Assembly: GCF_036321535.1 (NCBI RefSeq)
Contig: NC_087437.1
Coordinates: forward strand, 112,160,001 to 112,224,000
Direction of reading: 5' to 3'
From: Camelus dromedarius
Taxonomy: Eukaryota
Length of the DNA stretch: 64,000 nt
Part shown: positions 13,081 through 25,270 of the stretch, in pieces
Layout of the letters: every line of letters begins with the position of its first letter
Position numbering within the stretch: the first letter of the stretch is position 1
Notes under the pieces: generated by a model
The model's database searches: none
Told to the model about the DNA's origin: nothing
The model's input: only the letters and a program-made list of their open reading frames with translations
Made by a program: the position numbers and the translations under genes

Positions 13081-15589
13081 GTCATTCAGAGAGAGGGGTT
13101 AAGTGTCATTCTCTCCACTACCGAGCACGTACTTCAAGGGAGACATGGTGCACAGGACCCAAAAGTGAGAGAGACTCCATTCCTGCCCCCAGGGGGCTTT
13201 CTGACATCAGCAGAAAATGGGTGTAATGGCCCTTATATTGAGAAATATGCTATAAATGCCACGTGGTGATCTAAGAAATGAAGTTTTTGAAAAACAACTC
13301 ATTTATAACTGGGAAGTTGCCTACATATGAATGTCAATTACAGACATAGACTTTGCCAGGTTTAGTCCCTCAAGACCCCTGGGACCAGCATGATGGCACA
13401 GAAAACAGAAAAGATCCAAAGGGCAAGCTGTATAAGTAATCTAAATATTCAAATAATATTTGTCATGCATGGAGGACATGTCAAGCATGTACTAAGAGTT
13501 CTTAGTGAATTCAAGAGGTATATGGATTTGGGGTATTTGAGTTTATACAAACCAATTTATCAGCACTTTATATTATGTTGTTTCCCAAACAAGACCTTGT
13601 CTGTAATAATAGTAATTTTAAATACTCAAGGCAAGTATTATTTTAACTCTTAAGTCTTCCTTTAGACCTGAGCAGTTTTTAGTGGCCACAGCACCTTCAA
13701 TGGGTTACTTGAAGATGTATCATATATTGGTAGATACCTGCAACCAGCCTGGACCAGGAGAAAAAATCTACTTCTTCAGAGCAAGAAGGAAACCAGGAAG
13801 CATCTCTTTACCTGCAAAGAATGAAAAAACAAAATTTAACTAAAAGCAAGGGCAAGACCATTCATATAACATCTAAGTTACCAGAAACAACTGATGGTCA
13901 TAAGGTCTACTCTGAGTTAATAAAAACATAATGTAACTATCTGGTGACCTAAAAATCTAAGGATTTTACATTTCCTGATAGGTAATTTTATAGGAAAACT
14001 GATCCACTCGTATTGTGAGGCCCCCTATGACATATGAGCATTGAATTGGAATCGCATGAAACACCACTCCATGTCCAGGGCCTGGCACAGAGAAGGTGCC
14101 CCAGAAATCTTTGTTGAATGAATGAATGAATGCAATTCTAACTTCTCTGATGCCTATAAAGATAAATAAGGTACATCTAGTATTTTTAATGGAAAAGATA
14201 TGGAGTAAATAATGATTGAATAAAGTTGAGCTGTTTAATCTACCAAAAAGTCTTCATATCAAAAAACAGGAAAGGCCTGTTGTTTAACATAAAGACTCAG
14301 TGTAAGAAAGGCAAAGCAGTTGTAGGGAAGGAAAAGGGGAAGGATAAAGAAAAGAAGGAAGGGAATTTTCTTAAAAATCCTATTGATGCCAATTCTCCTT
14401 GGATTTCCAACATACTTTTCTCAGATATCACTTTGCAAATTTAATTTTAATCTAAAATTTTTTAGCTAAAAATAGTCAACATATTTTGGCAAGATGTTAT
14501 TCACATAGCACGAAAGAATGCTTTCAAGTGTGATAGTACAAGTACTGGGGCCCCACCACTCAGAAACCCTTAACACACACTTTCCCTTTTGAAAATAGTT
14601 TAGCATCTGAGTCACAGCTCCGTGAACATACTTAACTCAATGTGACTCCAAAATAAGGCACAAACATTGACTAATTAATCCCCATGACAACACAGGGAAG
14701 CCCTGAAAATCTATGGGCAGCACCCATCCCCTGGGCATCACCACAAATTTATTTTTAAGAATCTTGTTCTTTCTAGTCTTTATCTGATCAGCACATTGCC
14801 CCATCCACCCCTTCCAAAATACAAAATGAAACAAACAACAACCCAGGAATGTATCATATGTCAGATTTCTTCTCTCTCTGTCTCTCTGTCATCAAAAGCA
14901 GAGATGATCATCTTGGGTGTTGATTAATGGATTCCCTGCCTGTAATTCAGCACCAAGGACACCTCCCATGCCTTTGGGACATTCTAGTGACAGACCACTC
15001 TATTATAAATGAGAGTTTTGGTCTAAGATCAAGAAAAACAGCCCACTAAGAGAATTACCTCACCCCAGACATAATTCCAGCCTGCTCTTCACTGCAGCGA
15101 TTTTCAGGCAAGAAAAAAATATATATAGGTATCTTAAATATAATCCATACTTAACCAAACATCTGATAAAAGATTTTCATTAGTAATCTAACATAAAAGA
15201 CATAGATGTCCAAGTGTATGTGACCTCAGGAAGTGGTTGGGACCACATACTCTTCATTTCACAGGTGATGAGACTGAGTTCCATCAAGACAGTGCCACCT
15301 TCCTGGAGTCCAGGGACTAGGGACAGTTTTCTACAGACTACACCTTCTAAGCTTTCTCAAATATTAGAAAATCAGCTTTATGCTAAAAAAAAAAAAAAAA
15401 ATCCTTTTCTCTCCTAAGAACTTTTCCCCTGTTGATAAATTTTTAAGTAAGCATGAGTTTGAAAGACCATCCCTTTGGGGATTTATTACAAATTAACAAC
15501 TTATAAAACTTTTTATCCCCTTCTCCCAACCCCCACTTCAGCCTTAATAAGATCAACAGCTTTCATCTTTATGAACTTTCTGTGATGCT

Positions 15590-15760
15590 AAGCCCTCTTC
15601 ACTCAGGGTCACACGAGTTCTCTCAGTCACCTTATAATGTGGGGAATATTACTCTTACTTCTACAGATGAGGAAATAAAGGCAAAAACAGCTAAGCAACT
15701 TGCCAAAAGCACACAGTTAATATATGGTAAAATAAGAACTCTCATCTATTCTGCCTTATT
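15590..15760 (-). mobile_element. MIR SINE fragment
   Basis: ctacagatgaggaaataaaggc...taagcaacttgccaaaagcacacagttaa core. Confidence 0.7.
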
Positions 15761-16182
15761 CCAAACCCCCCTCACTCCATGACCTATGAAAAGTCACTAA
15801 CTGCACACATATCAGTGCCTAAAAGTGTCAGTGATGTATGAGGGAAAAAGAAAAATACTACTTTTTAAGTGTCTGCTATTTATGTCCCTTCTGCTTTGGA
15901 AGAGAACCAGTCTTTAGTTTTAAGAAACACTTTAATGAACCTCTTGGCTATGAAAGGTGAGGTCAAGGGCAGAGCAGGGAATGGGGAGGGTGAGACAGAG
16001 AGAACCAAATGGCTCTGCATATTCATAGAAGAGTGGATGCTTTCAGTTTTCTCTGGATTGACGCTTGGGAGTTTATTGAGAGGAATAATCTGAGGAAAAG
16101 GGAGGTGGACAGGGTCCCCACTGGAAGACAGCAATCCCAACAACCTAGGAATGATGGCCAATAAAGGATGACCTGTGATGCA

Positions 16183-16625
16183 TGTGGCAGACTGTGTTTC
16201 CCAAGATGGCCACAACAGTATTTCCATGCCTCCATGCTCTTCCAGAATCTTGTCATCCTTCATCAAGAGGTGGAGTCTATTTCCACTCCCCTTGAACTTA
16301 GGCAGGACTTTATGGGTGCCTCGACAAATAGAATGTGGTAGAAGTGGTCCTGCATGATTTCTGAGGCCAGGTAATAAAAGGTAATTTAGCTTCTGCCTGG
16401 CTCACTCTCTCAAGATGCTTGCCTTTCAAATACGGCCACCATGTTGTAAGGAAGCCGAGGCCTCATGGGGAGTTCATGTGGAGGTGTCCCAACTGACAGC
16501 CCCACCCAACTAGATCTCTGCCAACAATCAGCACCAACTGTAAACATGTGAGTGAGCGAGCTTTTAGGTGGTGTCAACCTACAACATCCAAGCCGCCCTA
16601 ACTGACACCAAGTGAGTATAGGTGA
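16183..16625 (+). mobile_element. MaLR LTR, MLT1F/G-like
   Basis: tgtggcagactgtgtttcccaagatggcc...catcaagaggtggagtctatttccactccccttgaa...gccaccatgttgtaaggaagcc. Confidence 0.8.
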
Positions 16626-17204
16626 AGAACCTCAACACTGGTGATGGAAACCAGATTGTAAGTTTTTCATTTGTCTTTGCTATAATCACACTATGATACT
16701 CCCAAACCTTCAATAAAGATCCATTATATACTGAAAGTTCATTAGCATCGTGTTAGAGGTGCCTTGAGAAATAAAGGGGACTGTGTCCTTGGAAGAGGGC
16801 AATGACAATACAGCAATGAGAAAACCCTCAGATGTGATGGAGGAAAAAGCCAGGGGCTGGGGTGGGAAAACGAGGAGACAAGCGTTAACCAGTAGAATGT
16901 AAGCTCACCCCTGACCAACACACGCACACGTACCAGGACTTCCCAGAAACAATGAGAAAGGCACTGAATTTCTTTTGAACGTGAGTTTTTTTTTTTTTAA
17001 ATTACTGGTTTAGGATGCAATCTTCTGAAGGTTCCAGTAAAAAAGATAACTATACTACTTGACAGGGGAAGCACAAAATAATCACTAAATACTCTGAATT
17101 ATTTGAATGTTTTAGGGAGAATGGCTCTGGTCTGGGGGAATTAATACAAGCAGGTAAATTTTGAAGGGATAAAAGGAATCAACATATTAAAATTAGGTTT
17201 TCTC

Positions 17205-17530
17205 AGTAAGAGACCTGGAAAAATGGCTTCCAGAGGATATGTTTCTTTCTGTCACATGAGACCCTGGAGTCAGGCATCCCTGTACTGGTATAGCTTCTCC
17301 CAATTTTCTGCTCTGCTGTTTCTGGGGTGTGGCCCTGGTCTTCACAGCCAGAGGAATAGGGGAAGGTGGGCTGAGGTACTTGGGCCAGTTGTCTCTTGAG
17401 GGATGTCCTTAGAACCTGTAGCATTTCTCTTCTATTTACATCCTGACCAATAGGACAGAAATTAGTCATATGACCACTCCTATCAGCGAGAGGCTGGGAA
17501 ATGTAGTCTTAATTCCAGCAGCTCAGGTAC
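17205..17530 (-). mobile_element. Old MaLR LTR (MLT1J/K-like)
   Basis: ttagtcatatgaccactccta...gaggctgggaaatgtagtct motif. Confidence 0.6.
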
Positions 17531-20500
17531 CCTCTTGGAGTCAGGAGTTCTAAGAGTGGGATCTAGGCTTCTGAGCTCAGCAACTAACAGCCACTATCAA
17601 GGTGACCAGGAAGGTGTCTGCCAAGGCTCAAAGCAGGGGCCATTTAAAATGTCTGGGCGGAGTTACAGCTCAGTCCCCACCCTCCAAATCACATCTTCTT
17701 GCTCACCACAGCCAAGCAAACTCCTCGAGTCTCTCCTATTGTTTCCCACACTCTAGAATTGGGGTAAGTTAATGGACAGGTGCCCAAATAGACCACCAGA
17801 TCTCTCTGGAATGGCCATTCTCAGCCTTGGCTTTATAAAACACAGAGCATCTCCAAATTCCCTAAACAGCATAGTAAAATCAATAAAATATTTTCATAAG
17901 ACAATGACATCAATGTTGCTTAAATTGAAACACAGACACATATACACATGCCATATAGATATATAGATTTTATATATATATAAAACATAGCTGGTTTAGA
18001 AATAGGGGGAAATGTTACAGTTCCATCATGGTAGGAATCACAGCTCTAGAGGAAAGCAGCATTTGCTTTGATCACTCACCCAAATGCCATAAGTCTGATC
18101 AAGCTAAATCTTTGCATTCAAAGTTTCTGGTGGCCACTTTGATTTTGATTTTGATTTTTGTGAATTTTGATTCAGTCACCTGTCTTATTTGTCCTGTAGC
18201 ACTGAAGCAAATTTAATGAAGCCAAGAGACAGTCTTAAAGACACACATTTGCTAAGCCTATAGCTCTGCAAAACTGGTAAAATCAGGAACAACCAAAAGT
18301 CAACTCTGAGCTGGCCAGAGCTGTGTTAGTGGCCTTGCTCATTGCAGGATCATTGCAGGTCCCAACAATGGTTGTGGTTATGGTGGTGACTTCTTTATTG
18401 TGTCTACAAAGCACGTCTACCACTTCAAGGTTCTGCATCTAATTTATTTCATCAAAGTCACAGCATGTTTTATTTGCTTCTATTTCCATCAAGGAATGTG
18501 GACTCACCTAAAATTAGGTGAAATTCACTGAGATGATATTACCGTTGCCAGAAGTGTTATCTTGACAACGTGGCTGTGACTCCTGAGGCTTGTCTGATAG
18601 GTTGACAAAAATATAAGAAGCATGAAGTTTAAAATGGTTGACAAGATAATATCAGAACAGTCCTAAAAACAAACCATCAAATTCTGGCTCAAAGGCATCC
18701 AAGGATCGAATCAAATAAATAAGAATCCAGAGGAACTTGTGGCTACTCTCCCACATTTACAAACTAAGAAAAGTCTCGAGGTTTTTAGGGACTTCAAAGT
18801 AAAACCAGTCTTTTCCTGGAGGGTTTCTTAACCAACCATGGGGAATTCAACAGTTTAGGAGTCTCATGCCCCAAATAGATTAACTGTAATAGATTAGAAA
18901 AGCAGGGTCCATCTTTTTGATTTCTTTCTGCTTATTTAATCTGAGTTAATAAGATAAAAGAATAGGGTAAAAAAACTTTCAAACAATTAAAACAATTCAC
19001 GCTTGGCCCACTTAAGCTTCCCTCCCATGAGTTCAAGGTTGAAATAAGAAGCCATTTGCATTCTTACTCGCAGCCCATAGGACACATTTATACTCACTCT
19101 GGCTCATTCCGACAGAATTGGAAGGAACTGCTGTGAATTTTACAGAAGTCACTGCTCTGTGACAAAGTTCATGGCTCCCCATACCACCTGCCTTCCATTC
19201 CCACCAGAAGCCATCATCCCTGATTAAAGCAAACACTGTCAATTCGGCCGTGGCCCAAGGCCGTTCCAATCCCCTCTGAAAACAATGCCAAAACAGATTT
19301 CTGATTGGGTCACGTTAGGTCGCAGTATCCACGGGTGGACGAAATGTGGTAAAAATTTTATGGGCCGCTTGAGATGTATTGGATCAGCACGGAGCAAGCA
19401 CTGATCCAAAGAGCGCAGTTGGCTTCAAGTTCTTCTACAAACTCCTCAGCATATGGGAACTTGCCCGAGACTTCTCTGGCCTCCTCTGCAGCCCGTGGCC
19501 CCCATCAGTCCCCTGTCAGTCCAGACGGCCAACCTGTTCTCTTTCAGCTTCATGCCTCGCATGGAACAAAGGAAATTTCAAAGTGGGTCTCTCTCCTTTG
19601 TTAAAACCCCGCAAGAGCTCTTCAAGAAAGAGGGGGTGGGTGCTGAGGGTGGGAGAGCAGTGAGCCAGCAGCTTTTCCAGAAACTGTCGCCCTGCAACCA
19701 GTATGAATGAATTTTGAGGAAAGGTACATACAAGAAACCCCATCATTTCACCCTCCCGGTGATATTGAAGGTGTGGGAGGTCAGCAGGGTACCGGGTCCT
19801 CCTGCTGGGTCTCTCCCTTCGCAGGCAGGCTTTGCGGGAGCACATCAGATCACAGATGGCCCTGAATATCCTGCAAAGAGACTTAAACTCCATCCTGTGT
19901 GTGCTGGGAGCCACTGCAGAGCTCTGAGCAAGGAAGCAAATTGCTCTCGGTTTTGTCTGAGTTTTGTTGGAACGTCACCAGCTCCCAGACGTGGCAGAAT
20001 GTCTCCTAGAAACTGTGAATGGCTCCCCACCACCATGGCAATCACCTGATGGAGGCCCTCGTGTCAAACCAGAAAATCTTTTTGTTTCCACTGTGATTAA
20101 AAAAAAACACATGTAACATTAAATTTCCTCTTTTAACCGTTTTTAATTGTACAGTTCAGTGGTGGTAAGTGCATTCACACAGAAATTCTTAATCCCACTT
20201 AATCCCAGTTTTCTGTTATTGGGCTGGACCTTCGGTCTCTTCTCTGAATCTCAGTTTCCTCATCAACAAAACGGGAAGAAGTATGTCTTAGGCACTCATC
20301 CGTGTATAACCAAGCAAACGATTTTTTTGTTTGTTTTAGTGATATCTGAAGAAACACCATTTACGGCTTTGGCCTCAGAAATCATTTGACATCTTTTCAG
20401 AAGAATAAAGACTTCCCAGCTCCTCATTTTCAAAATGAAAATCTCCAAGTCCTTGAAAACAGTTCAAGGAAAGGAGACTTCCCCATCACTAACAGACTGA

Positions 20501-20629
20501 CCAGCAGAGAAATTTTCTGTTTCTAAAACAATGTTTTGATTGAAGTTGTGGTATGATATACATATAGTCTCACACCCTGAATCAAATATATATTATATAT
20601 ATAATACACTATTTATATTATATAATTTA

Positions 20630-21352
20630 TATATTTGTTCCAAGGTGACTGCAAGGACATCTTCTATCCCATGTGATCTTTTTTACCTTTGTTTGTTTTG
20701 GGGGGTGGGGATTAGGTTTATTTATTTATGTTTTTAATGGAGGCACTGGGGATTGAACCCAGGACCTCATGCATGCAAAACACACACTCAACCACTGAGC
20801 TATGCCCTCCCCCCTCCCCCCTCCCACATGATCTTCTATAGTTCATGACTTTGGCAGTCCTTCCCCTGCAAGGTAGGGCTCTGTGCCTCTCTTTGAATCT
20901 ACACGAGCTTGTAACTCACTTGTAACCAATCGAATGTGTCAGAAGTGATACTGTGTAGCTTTCAAGGCTGAGTCATAAAAGGTGAAGGAGCTTCCGCCCT
21001 GTTCACGGGAGCACTTGAGCAGGGCCCTGAGCCACCTCGCCGTGAAAGGGCCCACGTGGCGGCCATGGTGTGAGGAAGCCCAAACACCCGCACACAGGAA
21101 GACCTCCTGGGGAGACTTGTCCAGACATTCGAAGAGAGAAGAAAGCCAGCTCCCAGCTGCTCCAGATCCCTGATGTCCCAGCTCCAACTGCCATCTCACA
21201 ACAGCCACACAAAAGACCCTGACAAAACCACTCAGCTGAACCTTTCCTGAATTTGTGACTCACAGAAACTGTGACAGATCACAAAATGACTGTCGTTGTT
21301 TAGACCGCCAGTGTTTGGGGCGGTTTTCTCTACAGCAGTGGTAACCAGAATA
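20630..21352 (+). mobile_element. MaLR LTR, MLT1F/G-like, interrupted by a SINE
   Basis: Homologous to the LTR at 16183; ends gttgtttagaccgccagtgtttggg...tacagcagtggtaaccagaata. Confidence 0.8.
20681..20821 (-). mobile_element. Camelid tRNA-derived SINE (Vic-1-like)
   Basis: Same A/B-box body; 14-bp TSD tcccatgtgatctt (20667-20680) / tcccacatgatctt (20822-20835). Confidence 0.9.
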
Positions 21353-22824
21353 AACGGCAAGGCAGCAGGTGGATACAAGGGCCTGGATTGTTTAGTAACT
21401 GAGGCTAGGGGAGTTGGGGGGGGGGGTGTTTCCTGGTTCAGTCCTCCCTAAATAGCCACCAGTGCAGTGGCACACCCGCTACCCAACCTAGTACTCGGGC
21501 CTCCTCCTTCCCAGTCACTTAAACTACTCCCCTGCTCCTCAAGAATCTCCTGACACCATCTTCTCCAGCCTACCTCCACCCCCAAGCTTAAAGTAATGGA
21601 CCACAGGCCTCAGGGGTTGTAACCATCAGCTGCAATACCTCTGCCCGTCTCTGCCTCCACCGGGCTCTGACCCAGCAGGTTCTGACGGGAGCCAGGTTCT
21701 TCTGATCACAGGTGGAGAAATTAGTCCAAAGGAGACCAGAAAGCAGGATGGGATGCACCACTTTTGTTTGAATTCAAGCCTCTAATGCCCGGCAGCTCCC
21801 TTCCCCCTTATAGCAGGGCTCTTTTTCTGGATTAATTCTAAAGCCACAAGCTTTAGGTCCCCCAGGAACAGGTTATCTCTAAAAAACCTGTTGGATGGAG
21901 GGCACTGTCTGGTGCTAAGCTGGCAGAGGCATGAAAACTCAGAGCTGAGAGCATTCAACGGCTCTCCCAGGACATCTGGATATCTTTGGCTGAAACCTAG
22001 GGAAATGGGGTCACCAACTGCTCTGTCAGCCTGCTCCGGGTGGACCACCCTCCTTCCTGACCCTCACATGGACAACCCAACCCCTCTGGTCACTGCGCAG
22101 TGGGAGACTGTCGTGCTCCTGGGAGAACGATGCCCAGCGGTACTTACCACGTTCCTATTGTTTGACCAACGCGTTTGCTCTTCTCTGTAGTCTGTACTCT
22201 CCCCCTAGAACTGGAAGCTCACATTCCCAGAGAGCTTTGTTTTTCCAGGTTTTAATATTATCTCCAAGTTGAAGTTAAATATCTTGATATTATATTTTTT
22301 GACATGTCAAAATGTTCACTTGCTCAATGTAAACATTTAAAATATCTTGTACTTTCTACAAGATCCTTTTAGCATTCTTCTTCCCCCCCGCCCCTAATAT
22401 GTCAGGGGCTTCAGAAAATAAAAGTGGCCCAGGCCTCCCTCAACCTCTGATCCAGAGATGTTTCATAACTTTAAATCGATTTGCCTTATACAGAGTCTTC
22501 CCTTTCCTTCTGAGATTTTGATCCTGGCTCCATCGTCAGGTGTCGGCTTGCTGAAGATGAGGTCCAGGACGCCTTTTTCCATAGCCCCCTCCAAACCGTC
22601 TTGTTCACAGCACCCATGGAGCTGGTGATGAATGACGCATGCCACAGGGAAGTCTTGTTTCTGAACTATCCATGGGGCCTCTCTGAGCTTCAAGGTCCTC
22701 ACATGTGAAATCAGGTTGGTAATACAACCTAGCTGGCAGGGTCGTGGGGGCGATTAAATATGATTTTATGCTCAACACACATAACACAATCCTGGACACA
22801 TAAACATGTTCAGTGAATTGTAGT

Positions 22825-23489
22825 TGTTGTGGGTTGAATTTTGTGTCCCCCTCAAAAAGAGATATTAAAATCCTAACAACCCTGGCCCCTGTGAATGGGG
22901 CCTTATTTGGAAACAGGGTCATTGCAGATGTCATCAAGTTAAGATGGGGTCCTACTGCAGTATGGTGGGCCCCAAACCTAATGACAGGTGTCCTCATAAG
23001 GAGAAGAAAATGTGGAGATGGAGGGAAGAATAGCTCAGTGGTAGAGTGCGTGCTTAGCATGCATGAGGTCCTGGGTTCAATCCCCAGTCCCTCCAGTAAT
23101 AAATAAGTAAGTAAGCAAGTAAATAAATAAATAAACCTAGTTAACTCCCCTCTCAAAAAATAAATGATAAATAAATTTTAAAAAAAATTTTTTTAAAGGA
23201 AAAGAAAATTTGGAGACATGCAGACACACAGAGAGAAGACATCTTCTGGGACCAGAAGCAGAAACTGGAACGATGAAATTACAAGCCAAGGGACAGCAAG
23301 GACTGCCAGCAACCATCCGAAGCTGGAAGAGGTGAGAAAGGATTCTTTCTTAGAGCCTTCGGAGGGAACACGTTTCTGCTGGCGTCTTGATTCCGGACTT
23401 GTGTCCTACATGTGAGACAGTACAGCTCTACTGTTTCCAGCCACCCAGTCCGTGGTGCTTCGTCGTGGCGGCCCTAGGGAGCTAGTTCA
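22825..23489 (+). mobile_element. MaLR solo LTR, MLT1C-like, interrupted by a SINE
   Basis: tgttgtgggttgaatt...ccttatttggaaacagggtcattgcagatgt...gactgccagcaaccatccgaagctggaagagg...gccctagggagctagttca. Confidence 0.88.
23019..23196 (+). mobile_element. Camelid tRNA-derived SINE (Vic-1-like)
   Basis: atagctcagtggtagagtgcgtgcttagcatgcatgaggtcctgggttcaatcccc plus (TAAA)n tail; TSD aagaaaat(g/t)tggaga at 23004-23018 and 23202-23216. Confidence 0.92.
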
Positions 23490-23744
23490 GGCTTTGGTAC
23501 TGGGAAGCAGAGCTCAGGTGTTTGAAGAGAAAGAGAGGAGCCAACCAGACAAGGGCTCCGGTGATGAGGGCAGCGTGCATGCAGGGCAGTGCACAGCCGG
23601 TCCCTGCTCTGCCCCTGCAGCCAAGGACGCCCTCCCCAGCTCTTCCTCCCAGCGTGTCTCAGCAGCCCGATGTCCTACAGGACCAACAACTATGAGAAAT
23701 TCAGGCGACAGAAGATTTGCATCAATGGTGATTTAATTTAGCAT

Positions 23745-25270
23745 TTAGTCTAAAAAGGTATTTCTTGTGCACTTGCTCTGTGCCAGGCACAGTATTAGTG
23801 GTGGCAATTTAAAGGTAAATGGATGTGGTTCTTCCCCAAGGAGCTCAGATCACAGAGCATTGCTCTGAGGTGGGGACAGCAGAGGGCTCTGGCAGGGGCC
23901 ATGGTGATGTCCAAGTTAAGACTTAAAGACCAGGGGACGATTAGCCAGGCCAAGAAAGGTGGCAGCATTCAGGCAAGTGTATGAGCAAAAGCACCGAGGA
24001 ATGGCCCAGCACAGCATGTGCAGGAAAACTAAAGCAGCTTGGAGTTAACAGTAAGCAGGAGAATGAAAACCACAGGCGAGGCTGGAGAGACAAGCAGGGA
24101 CCAGGCCAGGAGCGTCCTGTGGTCTGTGCTGCAGAGCCTGGGATTTATTCTCTGGGCGCTGGAGTGCTTCTTAAGGACTCAAAGCAGAGGAGAGGCATAG
24201 TCAAATTCTCATCTCACATAGATCACGCTGGCTAAAATGTGGTCAGGTTCACACAGAACATGGGTAGAGGCGAACTGAACACATGAGCTGCTGTGATTGG
24301 TCCACGTGAGCGATGGCGAGGCTGGGAGTAGCGGGGAAGTGGTACTGGATGGAAAGGGAGATCTCTGAGGGATGTTTAAAGGGTATCTAACTAGGGCTCC
24401 CCCAGAAGCAGAGCCTGTGACAAGGGCTTATGTGCAGGCAGTTTAGGAAGTGATCCCAGGGGACAGCAGTGGGGGCTGGGAGGAGTGAGAGAGGGGAGAG
24501 GGGGTCAGGTCAAGGGGGCGTTATTGGGGTGGTCATTGCAGTGGGCAGTGAGGCTGGCTCCCCTGCAGACCCTCTGAGGAAATGTGTAGGGACCCCAGAG
24601 CTGTCCACTCAAGACATGGACAGAGGGGATATTTACCATCAACTCTCACCTCCGTTGGCCAAGTTTTGTCCAAAGGAATGTTACCTTCCTTGAACTTCCA
24701 AGTTTACACATACGCCCGAACAGCTAGGCAAGTCCGCACAGGCCCGTGCAGAGAGGAAGATGTGCCCACTGTGCTGCTGTCAGGCCACACCTGCCGGTGG
24801 TCGCAGCAATGCCCAGAGCCCCAGGAGGAGCCAAGGGGCTTCGAGGAGGGGCACCGAGGGGGAGGTCAGAAGAGCTGGTGGATGGAGGGTGGGGAAGGAA
24901 GACTCAGTTTCTGGACTCAGTTTCTAACCACATGGGTGGTGGCGCTCTGTCCTTCTGAGTGTGGAGCACAAGAAAAAGACGAGAGTCAGAAAGGTAAAGT
25001 GTTTCACTGGAGAAATGCCAGGTTGAAGGACTGTGGGACACCCCCCCACCGGGTGATGTTTGTGAAGCTTGAGAAGAGGTCAGGCCGGAGGTGGAGCTCA
25101 TGAGACGAATGAGAGCCCCGGGGTGGGGGTGGGGGTTGTCAAAAACAAGGTTTCTTGTGACCCAAAGGCATGGTCCTCAGACACTGGGCTTCTAAGAGGG
25201 CAGAGGAGCTAATGAAGGAGAGTGAGGACAGAAAAGAAATGGAAAATGGGAGCAGAACCGTGTCACAGAT
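23745..25270 (-). mobile_element. L2 fragments split by an LTR16-like insertion
   Basis: gcacttgctctgtgccaggcac..., gggatttattctctgggc...ttaaggactcaaagcagaggag, gactcagtttctgg motifs. Confidence 0.55.
24385..24850 (-). mobile_element. ERVL LTR, LTR16-like
   Basis: agggctcccccagaagcagagcctgtgacaagggct...ggaagtgatcccagg is the reverse LTR16 3' end. Confidence 0.65.

Noticed and set aside
23019..23095. tRNA-like A/B box sequences (also at 5.1, 20.8, 39.1, 42.1, 46.1 and 59.2 kb)
   Set aside because: A-rich tails and TSDs show they are SINEs, not tRNA genes.
22605..23156. 183-aa ORF with hydrophobic N-terminus
   Set aside because: Antisense read-through of a SINE plus an MLT1C LTR.
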